From positions 513,488-577,487 of the forward strand of contig OZ246419.1 in the NCBI GenBank assembly GCA_965231135.1: a DNA stretch of 64,000 nt. Direction: 5' to 3'. Positions 37,634-46,091 of this stretch are shown one piece after another (the stretch's first letter is position 1; every line of letters starts with the position of its first letter). A program made the position numbers and the translations under genes. The notes beneath the pieces were generated by a model that had not been told where the DNA came from, did not search any database, and was given only the letters and a program-made list of their open reading frames with translations. The stretch is from an uncultured Gammaproteobacteria bacterium (lineage in GTDB: Bacteria > Patescibacteriota > Microgenomatia > UBA8517).

Positions 37634-38725
37634 ATGGGAATGGCTAAAGAAGATGTAGTCAAAATGCAGATCAAGCGAGTTGAAAAAGAACTTCGCGATT
37701 TGCCACATCACAAAGGAACTGATCATCATATTGGCCGGCTTCGGGCAAAGCTTGCGATTTTGGAGGAAAAATTGGAATCTCCAAGCGGAGCAAAAGGCGG
37801 AGGCGGGGGAGGATATGCTGTAAAAAAACAAGGAGATGCAACTGTTGTACTTGTTGGGCCGCCGTCTGCTGGAAAATCCACGCTTCTTAATTTACTCACA
37901 AATGCTGAAAGCAAAGTTGCAGCTTATGCCTTTACAACTTTAACTGTCATCCCTGGAATGATGGATTATAAAAATGCAAAAATACAAATTCTTGATGTCC
38001 CAGGATTAATTGAAGGAGCACAGGAAGGAAAAGGAAGAGGGAAAGAAGTTTTGGCAGTAGCGAGAAACTGCGATTTAATTGTTTTCATGACTGACCCAGA
38101 TAGATTAGATTTTTTCAAAAAACTTGTGAAAGAATTAGAGCAAGCGGGAATAAGGATAAACAAAATCAAACCACAAATAAAAATTGAAAAGAAAACTAAT
38201 GGCGGGCTTTATGTACATACAAATCTAAAACAGGATTTGGATAAAGAAACTGTTAAAGAAGTTGCGACGGAATTTGGAATCAAAAATGGAGAAATAACAG
38301 TTAACGAAAAATTAACAATGGAACGCTTGATTGATGCATTTTCTAAAAATAGAGTTTATATTCCAGCAATTTATGTAGTTAATAAAAGTGATACTTTGGA
38401 TAAAAAAGAAAATGAAAAAATAGATACAAGAATACTTAGAATTTCTGCTGATAAAAATACCGGAATTGAAGAAATGAGACAAAAAGTCTGGGAAAAATTA
38501 AACTTTATAAATGTTTTTTTATTTAACAAAGCAAATGAAGAATTTGACGAAATAAAAATAGTAAAAAATGGAATAACTTTACAGGAGCTTGGGGAAAGTA
38601 TTGGGGATAAATTTTTAGAAGGAAAGACTGCTGCAAAGATTTATGGAAAAGCTGCAAAATTTGAAGGACAGGAAGTAAGTCTGACTATAAAAGTGGTTGA
38701 TGGAATGAAAATAAGATTTATTTAA
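37634..38725 (+). CDS. DRG-family (Rbg1/DRG1-like) Obg-type GTPase with C-terminal TGS domain
   Basis: N-terminal helical region HHIGRLRAKLA, GGGGGGY, G1 GPPSAGKSTLL, and a TGS-like C-terminus. Matches the archaeal/eukaryotic DRG architecture. Confidence 0.7.
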   Translation: MGMAKEDVVKMQIKRVEKELRDLPHHKGTDHHIGRLRAKLAILEEKLESPSGAKGGGGGGYAVKKQGDATVVLVGPPSAGKSTLLNLLTNAESKVAAYAFTTLTVIPGMMDYKNAKIQILDVPGLIEGAQEGKGRGKEVLAVARNCDLIVFMTDPDRLDFFKKLVKELEQAGIRINKIKPQIKIEKKTNGGLYVHTNLKQDLDKETVKEVATEFGIKNGEITVNEKLTMERLIDAFSKNRVYIPAIYVVNKSDTLDKKENEKIDTRILRISADKNTGIEEMRQKVWEKLNFINVFLFNKANEEFDEIKIVKNGITLQELGESIGDKFLEGKTAAKIYGKAAKFEGQEVSLTIKVVDGMKIRFI

Positions 38726-39042
38726 GAAGGTGGCCCAAAACCCATTGCAGCTAATAAAATTAAAAGCAGAAGTGCTAATATTGGAATAATTAATAAAACA
38801 AAAGTTAATACAACAATAATAATTTCTTTCCTCTTTAGATTCTTTTTTAGATTATTTTTAATGCCGATGAGAAGGAAAATAAAACCTGCAATAGGGGATG
38901 CAACAAAAATACTACTTAATAATCCATAAAGGGAAAAGTTGAAATTATGAATGTTTTCTTCAAAATTATAAGTAAAAATAGATAAAAAAAATAAAATACT
39001 GAAAAACAGTGAAATGAAAAAATATTTTGATTGGAAATTTTT
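38722..39042 (-). CDS. small polytopic membrane protein
   Basis: Start trimmed to MKNFQSKYFF to avoid overlap with tRNA-Gly. 3 TM helices. Confidence 0.4.
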   Translation of the reverse strand, partial: KNFQSKYFFISLFFSILFFLSIFTYNFEENIHNFNFSLYGLLSSIFVASPIAGFIFLLIGIKNNLKKNLKRKEIIIVVLTFVLLIIPILALLLLILLAAMGFGPPS

Positions 39043-39046
39043 CATT

Positions 39047-39120
39047 TGGAGCGGGTAGCGGGAATCGAACCCGCGTACTCTGATTGGCAACCAGATGCAC
39101 TACCATTATGCTATACCCGC
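39047..39120 (-). tRNA. tRNA-Gly(GCC), CCA encoded
   Basis: Anticodon arm TCTGG-TTGCCAA-TCAGA. T-arm GCGGG-TTCGATT-CCCGC. Confidence 0.85.
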
Positions 39121-39194
39121 GAGTCTTCGAGCGGGTCACAAGACATTTCTAACCAAATGGCTTATACCCGTAATACTCGCAATAAGTAAAATTG

Positions 39195-39267
39195 TGCCGA
39201 GAGTAGGAGTCGGACCTACATCTGACGCTCTTCAGGCGCCCGCCGTGACCACCTTGGCTATCTCGGC
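39195..39267 (-). tRNA. tRNA-Phe(GAA) with non-canonical T-loop (TCCGACT)
   Basis: Acceptor GCCGAGA/TCTCGGC. Anticodon arm GGCGC-CTGAAGA-GCGTC. T-arm GTAGG-TCCGACT-CCTAC, with C at position 55. Confidence 0.6.
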
Positions 39268-39323
39268 AAATTCTGATTTGACGAGACAAGCTATGCTTAT
39301 CTCGGCATGAAGCAATTTTACCA

Positions 39324-39488
39324 TTAAGGGAGATGAATGAAAAGTTTTGCGAAGATAAATAAAATAATTATTCCAACTACAATTAAAAAGACAAATCCTA
39401 GTTCTGGAGTAGTAAATAACGCATTTTGAATTTTTCGGGCAATTAAATTCAAATAATACATTAAATTGGGTTGATAATTATTCTGCAT
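39324..39488 (-). CDS. small hydrophobic protein (54 aa, not in ORF track)
   Basis: MQNNYQPNLMYYLNLIARKIQNALFTTPELGFVFLIVVGIIILFIFAKLF. Lies just outside the island boundary. Confidence 0.2.
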   Translation of the reverse strand: MQNNYQPNLMYYLNLIARKIQNALFTTPELGFVFLIVVGIIILFIFAKLFIHLP

Positions 39489-39491
39489 TAG

Positions 39492-39532
39492 TGGGCGGTA
39501 CAGGGCTCGAACCTATGACCTTGAGGATGTAA
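39492..39532 (-). other. tRNA-Val 3' fragment (anticodon loop through discriminator). Left att remnant of the island.
   Basis: CTTACAT-CCTCA-AGGTC-ATAGG-TTCGAGC-CCTGT-ACCGCCC-A. The acceptor 3' strand is complementary to the GGGCGGT 5' half at 55877..55924. Confidence 0.65.
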
Positions 39533-39774
39533 GCGAAATGCTTCATCGCACAAATTTTAGGTTTAATCCCATCAACTGGGTTTAGTTTAGCACAACCATA
39601 TATTGGTATAAAACGATTGTTTAAACAAAATATTACTAGAATAATAGATGCAATTATTTCCTTCTTTGGTAAGTGATATTCAATCTTGACATTGAGATCT
39701 ATGGCAATCTAAAGTAAATGAGAGTGGTTTTGTTAGTTTGACAAAAACTAACTCACAATATATCATAATGCACC

Positions 39775-40065
39775 ATGTCAGATTCTAGTGATACTAAAAA
39801 GACTGAGCAAAAGAAAATTACTGCACAAGAAGCAGCCGAATTAGCAGTAAAGCACTATAGAGGAGTTACTAACGACAATACTAGTATCCTACGAGTTTCT
39901 GAAACAGAGCTCTCAGAAGATGAAAGCGTCTGGAAAATTACCCTCTCTATCGCAAACCCCTCTGATCCTTTTGCTCTTTATGGGGGTGCTCGTTTGGATT
40001 ATAAAACGTTTGAAATCAACGCTATGACGGGTATTGTAATCTCAATGAAGATTAGGCCAAATTGA
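39775..40065 (+). CDS. small beta-rich protein, putative antitoxin partner of the PIN protein
   Basis: 96 aa. 4-bp ATGA overlap with the downstream PIN gene. Confidence 0.35.
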   Translation: MSDSSDTKKTEQKKITAQEAAELAVKHYRGVTNDNTSILRVSETELSEDESVWKITLSIANPSDPFALYGGARLDYKTFEINAMTGIVISMKIRPN

Positions 40066-40592
40066 AGAACTTCTCCCTTACAGATTTATCTGAATATTCT
40101 AAATATTTAATTAGTAGATATAGAAATGTGGGTGTTTTATTAGACACTAATGTTCTTTTGTTATTGCTTGTAGGTTATTACGACCCTAATTATATTGAGC
40201 AAGTTAAACGAATAAGAAAGTTTACAAAGGACGACTATTTTCTTTTGGCATGGCTTGTGAAACTATTTCCAAAACTTGTGGTCACCCCACAAATTCTTGC
40301 TGAAATTTCAAATTTTCTTGACTTATCAAAAAAACTTAGTAAAGAACAATTCTTAATCTTTATTCAACTGTTTATAGAGAAAATAAGAGACACAAAGGAA
40401 ATTTATAAAGAGAAAAATGACATGGTTATACATAATTTATTACCTACGTTAGGTTTTACTGACGTGTCAATTTCTATGCTTGCTGAGAAAAAGAGATGTT
40501 TAGTTATTACAGCAGATGGTCCGCTTGCCCAACGCATTAGAGAGAAGGGTAGCGATGTGATAAATTTTGAAGAAATTAGAATTAAATTATAA
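40062..40592 (+). CDS. PIN-domain nuclease (VapC-like toxin, extended)
   Basis: VLLDTNVLLLLL N-terminal Asp motif, TPQILAEISNFL, CLVITADGPL C-terminal acidic motif. Confidence 0.55.
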   Translation: MKNFSLTDLSEYSKYLISRYRNVGVLLDTNVLLLLLVGYYDPNYIEQVKRIRKFTKDDYFLLAWLVKLFPKLVVTPQILAEISNFLDLSKKLSKEQFLIFIQLFIEKIRDTKEIYKEKNDMVIHNLLPTLGFTDVSISMLAEKKRCLVITADGPLAQRIREKGSDVINFEEIRIKL

Positions 40593-40618
40593 AAGATATA
40601 ATCTATTTTTTTGTTTTT

Positions 40619-40939
40619 TTACTTTTTACTATCTTGCATCCAAAACTCATCTATTGATTCCTGTATTTCTTCGTCTCGTTTGTCTTCAGCTTTTAGGGCT
40701 TCTCTTAACTCCTGAATCCTTTCAGGATCGAATTTATCTTCGATTTCTTCCTCAAGCTCTTTATCTGTATAGTTATCATACCCCTTAAAACCCATGCACA
40801 TTAATTCTTTTAGGTCATAGTAACATCTAGCAAATACCCATTCTTCGATACAATCCATTATTAGTAAATCGATCATCTCGTACCTTTGCTCTGTTTTTAT
40901 TTTTGTTTGTTTAACCTGTTTTTGATTCATTGTTATCAC
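40619..40939 (-). CDS. acidic hypothetical protein
   Basis: 106 aa, island-borne. Confidence 0.35.
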   Translation of the reverse strand: MITMNQKQVKQTKIKTEQRYEMIDLLIMDCIEEWVFARCYYDLKELMCMGFKGYDNYTDKELEEEIEDKFDPERIQELREALKAEDKRDEEIQESIDEFWMQDSKK

Positions 40940-40951
40940 CTCCTTCTGTGT

Positions 40952-42328
40952 TCATAAAAACTCATTAAATATTTTTTCTTCGGGACTTGCCAAAGTTTCT
41001 TGCTTTTCTATCGCAACTTGCTTGTCGTTTGTGTTTTTAATTTCGATTAGATTTAGGCATTCATTTGAGTAAAACCATTCAAATTCTTTTTTGAATCTAA
41101 TCATTTTTGACGGTCTTCCAGGAAAATCATCGCAATCAGTAGTCATATCAACGATTCCAAGAATTTTTAATTTTTCCATTTCTTTATCTGCTGTGGTAGA
41201 AGAACAATTTAAGCGTGTAACAATCTCTGTAGTCGTTGCTGCCCCATTGTTTAATATAAGAAATCTGAATATTTTTGTTCGTGAACTGGGAGCTGAATCA
41301 AATGCCACATTTAATACGATTTTGACATCTTCGCTGCTTATTTGGGTTCTATCACAAACTAAAGCATGGCCACGAGCTAGGTTATACAGTATTTGATTTA
41401 TTCTGTCTGGTTTCTCAATTACAGGTTCTTGGTATGAATAGTCTGTCCCGTCCAGTGAACTATCTTTCCACACATTAATACTACCTCTGAGCTTTGCCAA
41501 AATCGATGCAGCTCGAGAAATTATTTTAATTATTTCCATAGAATCATTTTGTTTGTTCCAAGTTATTCCATTAGGGAATGTTTTAAAAAGTGTTTCAATA
41601 TAGCTTTGGCTAGCACTAGTACACATCTTTTGTTTTTCTTTCCACGAAGACTTGATTAGTTGTTCAGCAAGCTCTACTTCGGTTTTCGTTGTACTTAGAA
41701 CATTCAAGAAAAATAGCCTAGACCCTAAGTTACCCATTAATTTGAAAATCCTTGGAGAAATAGGAGTTGAGGCAGCTAGAAGCATGAAATTGTAGCTACC
41801 AGAATAACCTCTACTTCCATGTACTCCTGCGTCAATTTGTAAACCTTCACCGTCCATTACACGCGTTAAAACACCCATATTTCGAAGTAGATCGTCGTCT
41901 CTTTGCCCGAACAGGGGAGCCATATCACGAATTATTAATACTTTATCTTTAATTCTTGGAAGTAAATCAACTTCGGCGAGTTTTTCTTTTTTGACATTTG
42001 CTGCCTGAGACACGAACGAGGATGGGGTAAAATTATCTGTCGCATAGGTGTAATCAGTTCCTGTGAACATATTTAGAATAATTGTTTTCCCAGCACTTGG
42101 GACATCGACTAAAACAATTGCACATGGATTGACAATGTCTTCTATTAAAAGCTGACCAAACATACTAAGACATACTTCTGCAGGCAAAACTAGTTCTGGG
42201 AAGTTAATTTTGATCACATCTTTCCATTCGGAATAATTCGATGTTTTTCCAACTAAATTTGACAGCGTGTTATCGTTTTCCGTCATAGGGTCTGATTTAG
42301 TTGGAATATTATTTTCTTCAAGATTCAT
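40952..42328 (-). CDS. P-loop NTPase replication protein (primase-helicase/SF3-like ATPase) with C-terminal winged helix
   Basis: Walker A VDVPSAGKT, Walker B LIIRDMAP. C-terminal wHTH GAATTTEIVTRLNCS...LKILGIV. Confidence 0.45.
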   Translation of the reverse strand: MNLEENNIPTKSDPMTENDNTLSNLVGKTSNYSEWKDVIKINFPELVLPAEVCLSMFGQLLIEDIVNPCAIVLVDVPSAGKTIILNMFTGTDYTYATDNFTPSSFVSQAANVKKEKLAEVDLLPRIKDKVLIIRDMAPLFGQRDDDLLRNMGVLTRVMDGEGLQIDAGVHGSRGYSGSYNFMLLAASTPISPRIFKLMGNLGSRLFFLNVLSTTKTEVELAEQLIKSSWKEKQKMCTSASQSYIETLFKTFPNGITWNKQNDSMEIIKIISRAASILAKLRGSINVWKDSSLDGTDYSYQEPVIEKPDRINQILYNLARGHALVCDRTQISSEDVKIVLNVAFDSAPSSRTKIFRFLILNNGAATTTEIVTRLNCSSTTADKEMEKLKILGIVDMTTDCDDFPGRPSKMIRFKKEFEWFYSNECLNLIEIKNTNDKQVAIEKQETLASPEEKIFNEFL

Positions 42329-42590
42329 AAAAAAGTACCTCCTTTTGTGTTGGGTATTTAGAAAATATCTTGTTTATTTTTCCTTGCCAGTATTTGTTAT
42401 TCTCAGTTGTGCCGGATGCTTCATTTGCCATTATTAAAGCTTTAATTGATTCAACAGTTTCTCTGTCAGTCCAGATTAATAAAGCTGCCCTAGTAAACGT
42501 ATTTTTGGAGAAATATGCTTTAGAGAGATATTCTTGAGATAAATTATCATGTTTAATAAACTCTTTTTTGTAGTGTTCAAATGCGCTCAT
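42318..42590 (-). CDS. hypothetical protein
   Basis: 90 aa. Translationally coupled with neighbours. Confidence 0.35.
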   Translation of the reverse strand: MSAFEHYKKEFIKHDNLSQEYLSKAYFSKNTFTRAALLIWTDRETVESIKALIMANEASGTTENNKYWQGKINKIFSKYPTQKEVLFYES

Positions 42591-42859
42591 TTTGTACCCT
42601 CCTCATATAGTCTTGATTTGAGCATTTTCAATTGATTAAAATGCGCGATTGGTTCTATACGAAGCTCTTTTCTCCAATATTGATTGATTAGTTTGTCCAA
42701 TTCTTCATTTTTTTTGAAAGCAAATTCGATTTTTTGGGGATTAGTTCTATCAATAAATTCAATTGGGGCAAAAAGAGATAATGTGCTACAAAGACTCAAA
42801 TCACTTGTGAAAAAATACTCATCTGGATCTTTATTCATATCTTTTAATATGAATATCAT
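42587..42859 (-). CDS. hypothetical protein
   Basis: 90 aa, overlapping stop/start. Confidence 0.35.
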   Translation of the reverse strand: MIFILKDMNKDPDEYFFTSDLSLCSTLSLFAPIEFIDRTNPQKIEFAFKKNEELDKLINQYWRKELRIEPIAHFNQLKMLKSRLYEEGTK

Positions 42860-42973
42860 CGTGTATTTAAAATAACTTTTTAAAATCGGTATAACTACTT
42901 TTTTAGGCTTAAATTTACTCTTTTTATTGTATTTACAAAAAGGGGTTACTTTTATAGTATCAAGTTTGTTTAT

Positions 42974-43816
42974 TTATTCGTCCAGGGTAAGTTTTTGCAA
43001 TTGAAATTGTGTTGATTCTGTAGTTTTGCCTTTTATTGTTTTGATATATAAACCCGCTGTGGCTAAAAGTTTGTTAGTTTTTAGTTTAAGGCTCTTAATA
43101 TTAATTGGTTTTTTCTTGTTCAGAGTGCTGTCTATTCTGTTTTGAACACTTTTCCTTAAATGTGGTTGTAAATCTGTTAATTCTTCTAAAAAAGATTTCA
43201 TTAGTTTAGCTTTTTTGTGCTTTTTTATAATTTCTCTGACGAGTTGCTTTGCTATTTTCTTTGTTAATTTTCTATTTGTTAGATTTTTTGCTGGTTCAGT
43301 TCGGTTATCCAAACAGACTTCAATGGTGTTATTCCAAAAGATGATTTTTCTTATTCTTATCTTCTTTTGGAAGCACAAATACATTAAACTGTGACAATAG
43401 TTGGGAGTTTCGTTTTTGAAAATTGTTATATTGTTTTTGCCATTTTCTGTGATGAAGTTTGGATTATTTATTTGGTCTATTATCTTATTTGCATATACTT
43501 CTGGTTTAGAATATATCGCTTGTCCCGATAGCTCTTTGTGCGAATATAACAGTTGATAATTTTTAATAAACTTTTCAAGATCTTTATATTGCAATGAGTT
43601 GACAGAAATCGTATAAGAATCCGTATTTTTAGTAAGTGAAAACATATTACTAAATACATTACTTTTTTCCATATCTTCAAAGTATTTTCCTGATAACGAC
43701 TTGCCAGTTACTTGTGCAAGATATTCATCTTTTTCAAAAGCAGATATTTTTAGATATATTGATAGAAGATTACCTAACAAAATATCTGGCAACAAACTTG
43801 TTTTGTTTATACCCAT
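42974..43816 (-). CDS. basic hypothetical protein
   Basis: 280 aa, K-rich. Confidence 0.4.
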   Translation of the reverse strand: MGINKTSLLPDILLGNLLSIYLKISAFEKDEYLAQVTGKSLSGKYFEDMEKSNVFSNMFSLTKNTDSYTISVNSLQYKDLEKFIKNYQLLYSHKELSGQAIYSKPEVYANKIIDQINNPNFITENGKNNITIFKNETPNYCHSLMYLCFQKKIRIRKIIFWNNTIEVCLDNRTEPAKNLTNRKLTKKIAKQLVREIIKKHKKAKLMKSFLEELTDLQPHLRKSVQNRIDSTLNKKKPINIKSLKLKTNKLLATAGLYIKTIKGKTTESTQFQLQKLTLDE

Positions 43817-43839
43817 TTTAATTTTAATTTGTACTTAGT

Positions 43840-44244
43840 CTACGCCTGTACCTTATTTTTGCTATTTTCCACTATTTCAACTTGTACTTTTGAGATCGCT
43901 TCCTTTGCATTTTCGATTAGCTGTCGTGGTTTACCTTCTGTAATGTCTGCAACAGCCCTGAAACTTGCTAAATCGTGTCTGGCCTTAAGGATCATCGCAA
44001 ATGCTAAATCACCAGCAACAGTTCTTTTATTTGTTGGTGTATTTTTTTGCCAGCTTAAAAATTCAGATACTGTTAGAGTCTTAAAATAATCAAGCCAATA
44101 CTTGAATGACTCTAAATTTTTGGGTCTTCCGCCTGGATTTCTGTGCTCCGGGTGATCTTTGAAACCCCCGCGACCCAAACGATTACGATTGAAATTGACT
44201 TGTTCTGTAGTCTGACTCATTAATGTATTATATCGCCTCCACAA
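43840..44244 (-). CDS. phage-associated GRPKN-motif protein (DUF5681-like), paralog of 25432..25833
   Basis: See 25432..25833. Conserved PGGRPKNLESFKYWLDYFKTLTVSEF block. Confidence 0.6.
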   Translation of the reverse strand: MWRRYNTLMSQTTEQVNFNRNRLGRGGFKDHPEHRNPGGRPKNLESFKYWLDYFKTLTVSEFLSWQKNTPTNKRTVAGDLAFAMILKARHDLASFRAVADITEGKPRQLIENAKEAISKVQVEIVENSKNKVQA

Positions 44245-44358
44245 AATTAAACCTAAAGTAACTACTATATAACGAGATTCTATTAAAAACAGAAGAATTG
44301 ATCAGAATATTGACAGATATAAATAAATATACTAAACTCTGCCTCATAATAAATTACT

Positions 44359-44538
44359 ATGAGTATTATTAAGCCATTTTTGACACCCTCTGACGTTGCA
44401 CGTGAGTTACAGCTTAATCTTCTAACCATTTACAAATACATTAGACAGAGAAAAATAACTGCTATCAAACTTGGTCGAAACTACCGAATAAAAAGAGTAG
44501 ATTTGGAAAAGTTTGTAAACGCTAACAAAACAGTTTAG
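44359..44538 (+). CDS. excisionase-family helix-turn-helix DNA-binding protein (59 aa, not in ORF track)
   Basis: FLTPSDVARELQLNLLTIYKYIRQRKITAIKLGRNYRIKRVDLEKFV matches the Xis/MerR-type HTH_17 pattern. Confidence 0.6.
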   Translation: MSIIKPFLTPSDVARELQLNLLTIYKYIRQRKITAIKLGRNYRIKRVDLEKFVNANKTV

Positions 44539-44556
44539 TCATTCTATTAAAAAATT

Positions 44557-45345
44557 ATGAATATAAATTATAGGAAAGCATTAATTATCGAAAATACATT
44601 TATCGCCCTCATAATTCTTCTTGTTGGGTTTGTAAGGGTTATTAATTCCGTTCCTGCAATAAAGAATGCCCTAGTAATGGCTACAACTCATCAGCCAGAG
44701 AGGTTTACAGAACTTTATTTCGAAAATCATACATCACTTTCCATTAACAGTTTTGAGTTTACTGTCCACAATTTGGAGGATAGGGAAATGACATACCCAT
44801 ACGAAGTTTATGTACAAAGCTCTGATGCTAAGCAACAGCAAATGATTGATAAAGGAGAATTTATCTTAAAACAAGGAGACTATAAAACTATTAGCGAATC
44901 TTTCGTACCTGGCTATAGTTTTATTGGACAGAAGGCAGACGTAATAGTAAATCTTGTTAATAAAGACCAGAAAATATCGTTTTGGACAACACCCACAAAC
45001 ACAAAAACCAGCATTCCTCAAGAACAGAAAGAGAACCTTCAATCAACAGGACTGTATTTTACGAGCGAATTACCTTTAAGAGTTTTACAAGGCCAACCCA
45101 TAAATTTTTCATTCGGTGTACAAAATTTAAAATATTCAGATCATATTTATCCATATACAGTCTATATAGAAGAAAATGGTAGAGATACGCAGATTATGCA
45201 GGGTGAAGCGTATGTAAAACAAAATTCTAGCACGACAATTTCTGTCTCCTATCAATTAGCAACTTTAATCAGAAATGCCAAGGTATACGTTCGATTAACC
45301 GGAGAAAATCAATATATTTATTTCCAAATGAAAGGTGCTCAATGA
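44557..45345 (+). CDS. membrane-anchored hypothetical protein, first gene of glycan cluster
   Basis: N-terminal TM helix. 4-bp overlap with the downstream GT2. Confidence 0.4.
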   Translation: MNINYRKALIIENTFIALIILLVGFVRVINSVPAIKNALVMATTHQPERFTELYFENHTSLSINSFEFTVHNLEDREMTYPYEVYVQSSDAKQQQMIDKGEFILKQGDYKTISESFVPGYSFIGQKADVIVNLVNKDQKISFWTTPTNTKTSIPQEQKENLQSTGLYFTSELPLRVLQGQPINFSFGVQNLKYSDHIYPYTVYIEENGRDTQIMQGEAYVKQNSSTTISVSYQLATLIRNAKVYVRLTGENQYIYFQMKGAQ

Positions 45346-46091
45346 AAAAAATTACCGTATTGATACCATGCTACAACGAAGAAAAAGGTGTTCAAAAGGT
45401 AATTAGAGGTATCCCTGTCGAGAAACTTCGCAGATTAGGTTTCAAGACTGAGGTTGTTGTGATTGATAACAATTCTACGGATAAAACATCTAGCGTGGCA
45501 AAGAAGCTGGGTGCGACTGTTTTATTTGAACCCAAAAAAGGAAAAGGTAACGCGATGAAGCTTGGTTTTTCTTATATAAACCTTGACACAGACTACATCA
45601 TCATGCTCGATGGGGACGATACATATAAGGGTTATGAAATTCCCCGGCTCGTTGAGCCGCTTGACAGTGGATTTTGCGATGTTGTGGTCGGCTCAAGGCT
45701 ATTAGGAAAAATAAACAAAGGTGCCTTTAAGTTTAGCAATAGAATCGTCAATTGGGGATATGCTTTTATGGTTAGGCATTTTTATCGTGCTAATGTTACA
45801 GATGTTTTAAGCGGTTTCTTTGCCTGGCGAAAGGAAGCGCTTGATGATTTAAAAATACATTTAAATTCTGACGGTTTCGCTATCGAGATGGAGATGATTA
45901 CAAAAATGGTTAAGATGGGCCACTCTGTTTATTCTGTTCCTATTACTTACGATGTCCGTGAAGGGGAATCTAAGATCAGTTCATTCGCGGACGGTTTTAG
46001 AATCTCAAAAATGTTTCTTAGAAATTTTACCTGGAAGCCAACTCAACCTGAAAAGCAAAAGATTGAAATAGATATTGAACAAGCAATATGA
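45342..46091 (+). CDS. GT2-family glycosyltransferase (Dpm1/GtrB-like polyprenyl-phosphate sugar transferase)
   Basis: VLIPCYNEE, VIDNNSTD, DGDDTY motifs. Confidence 0.7.
   Translation: MKKITVLIPCYNEEKGVQKVIRGIPVEKLRRLGFKTEVVVIDNNSTDKTSSVAKKLGATVLFEPKKGKGNAMKLGFSYINLDTDYIIMLDGDDTYKGYEIPRLVEPLDSGFCDVVVGSRLLGKINKGAFKFSNRIVNWGYAFMVRHFYRANVTDVLSGFFAWRKEALDDLKIHLNSDGFAIEMEMITKMVKMGHSVYSVPITYDVREGESKISSFADGFRISKMFLRNFTWKPTQPEKQKIEIDIEQAI

Noticed and set aside
39195-39267. Reading this tRNA as a type II Ser/Leu because of its location in a Leu-rich cluster
   Set aside because: Careful folding gives a 4-nt variable loop and anticodon GAA in a 73-nt molecule. That makes it Phe, not type II.
39095-39310. 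71-aa plus-strand ORF
   Set aside because: Lies entirely over the minus-strand tRNA-Gly and tRNA-Phe genes.
42860-42973. AT-rich gap between island genes as a possible iteron origin
   Set aside because: No clear iterons or DnaA boxes were identifiable by eye. It is mentioned only as a place to look.
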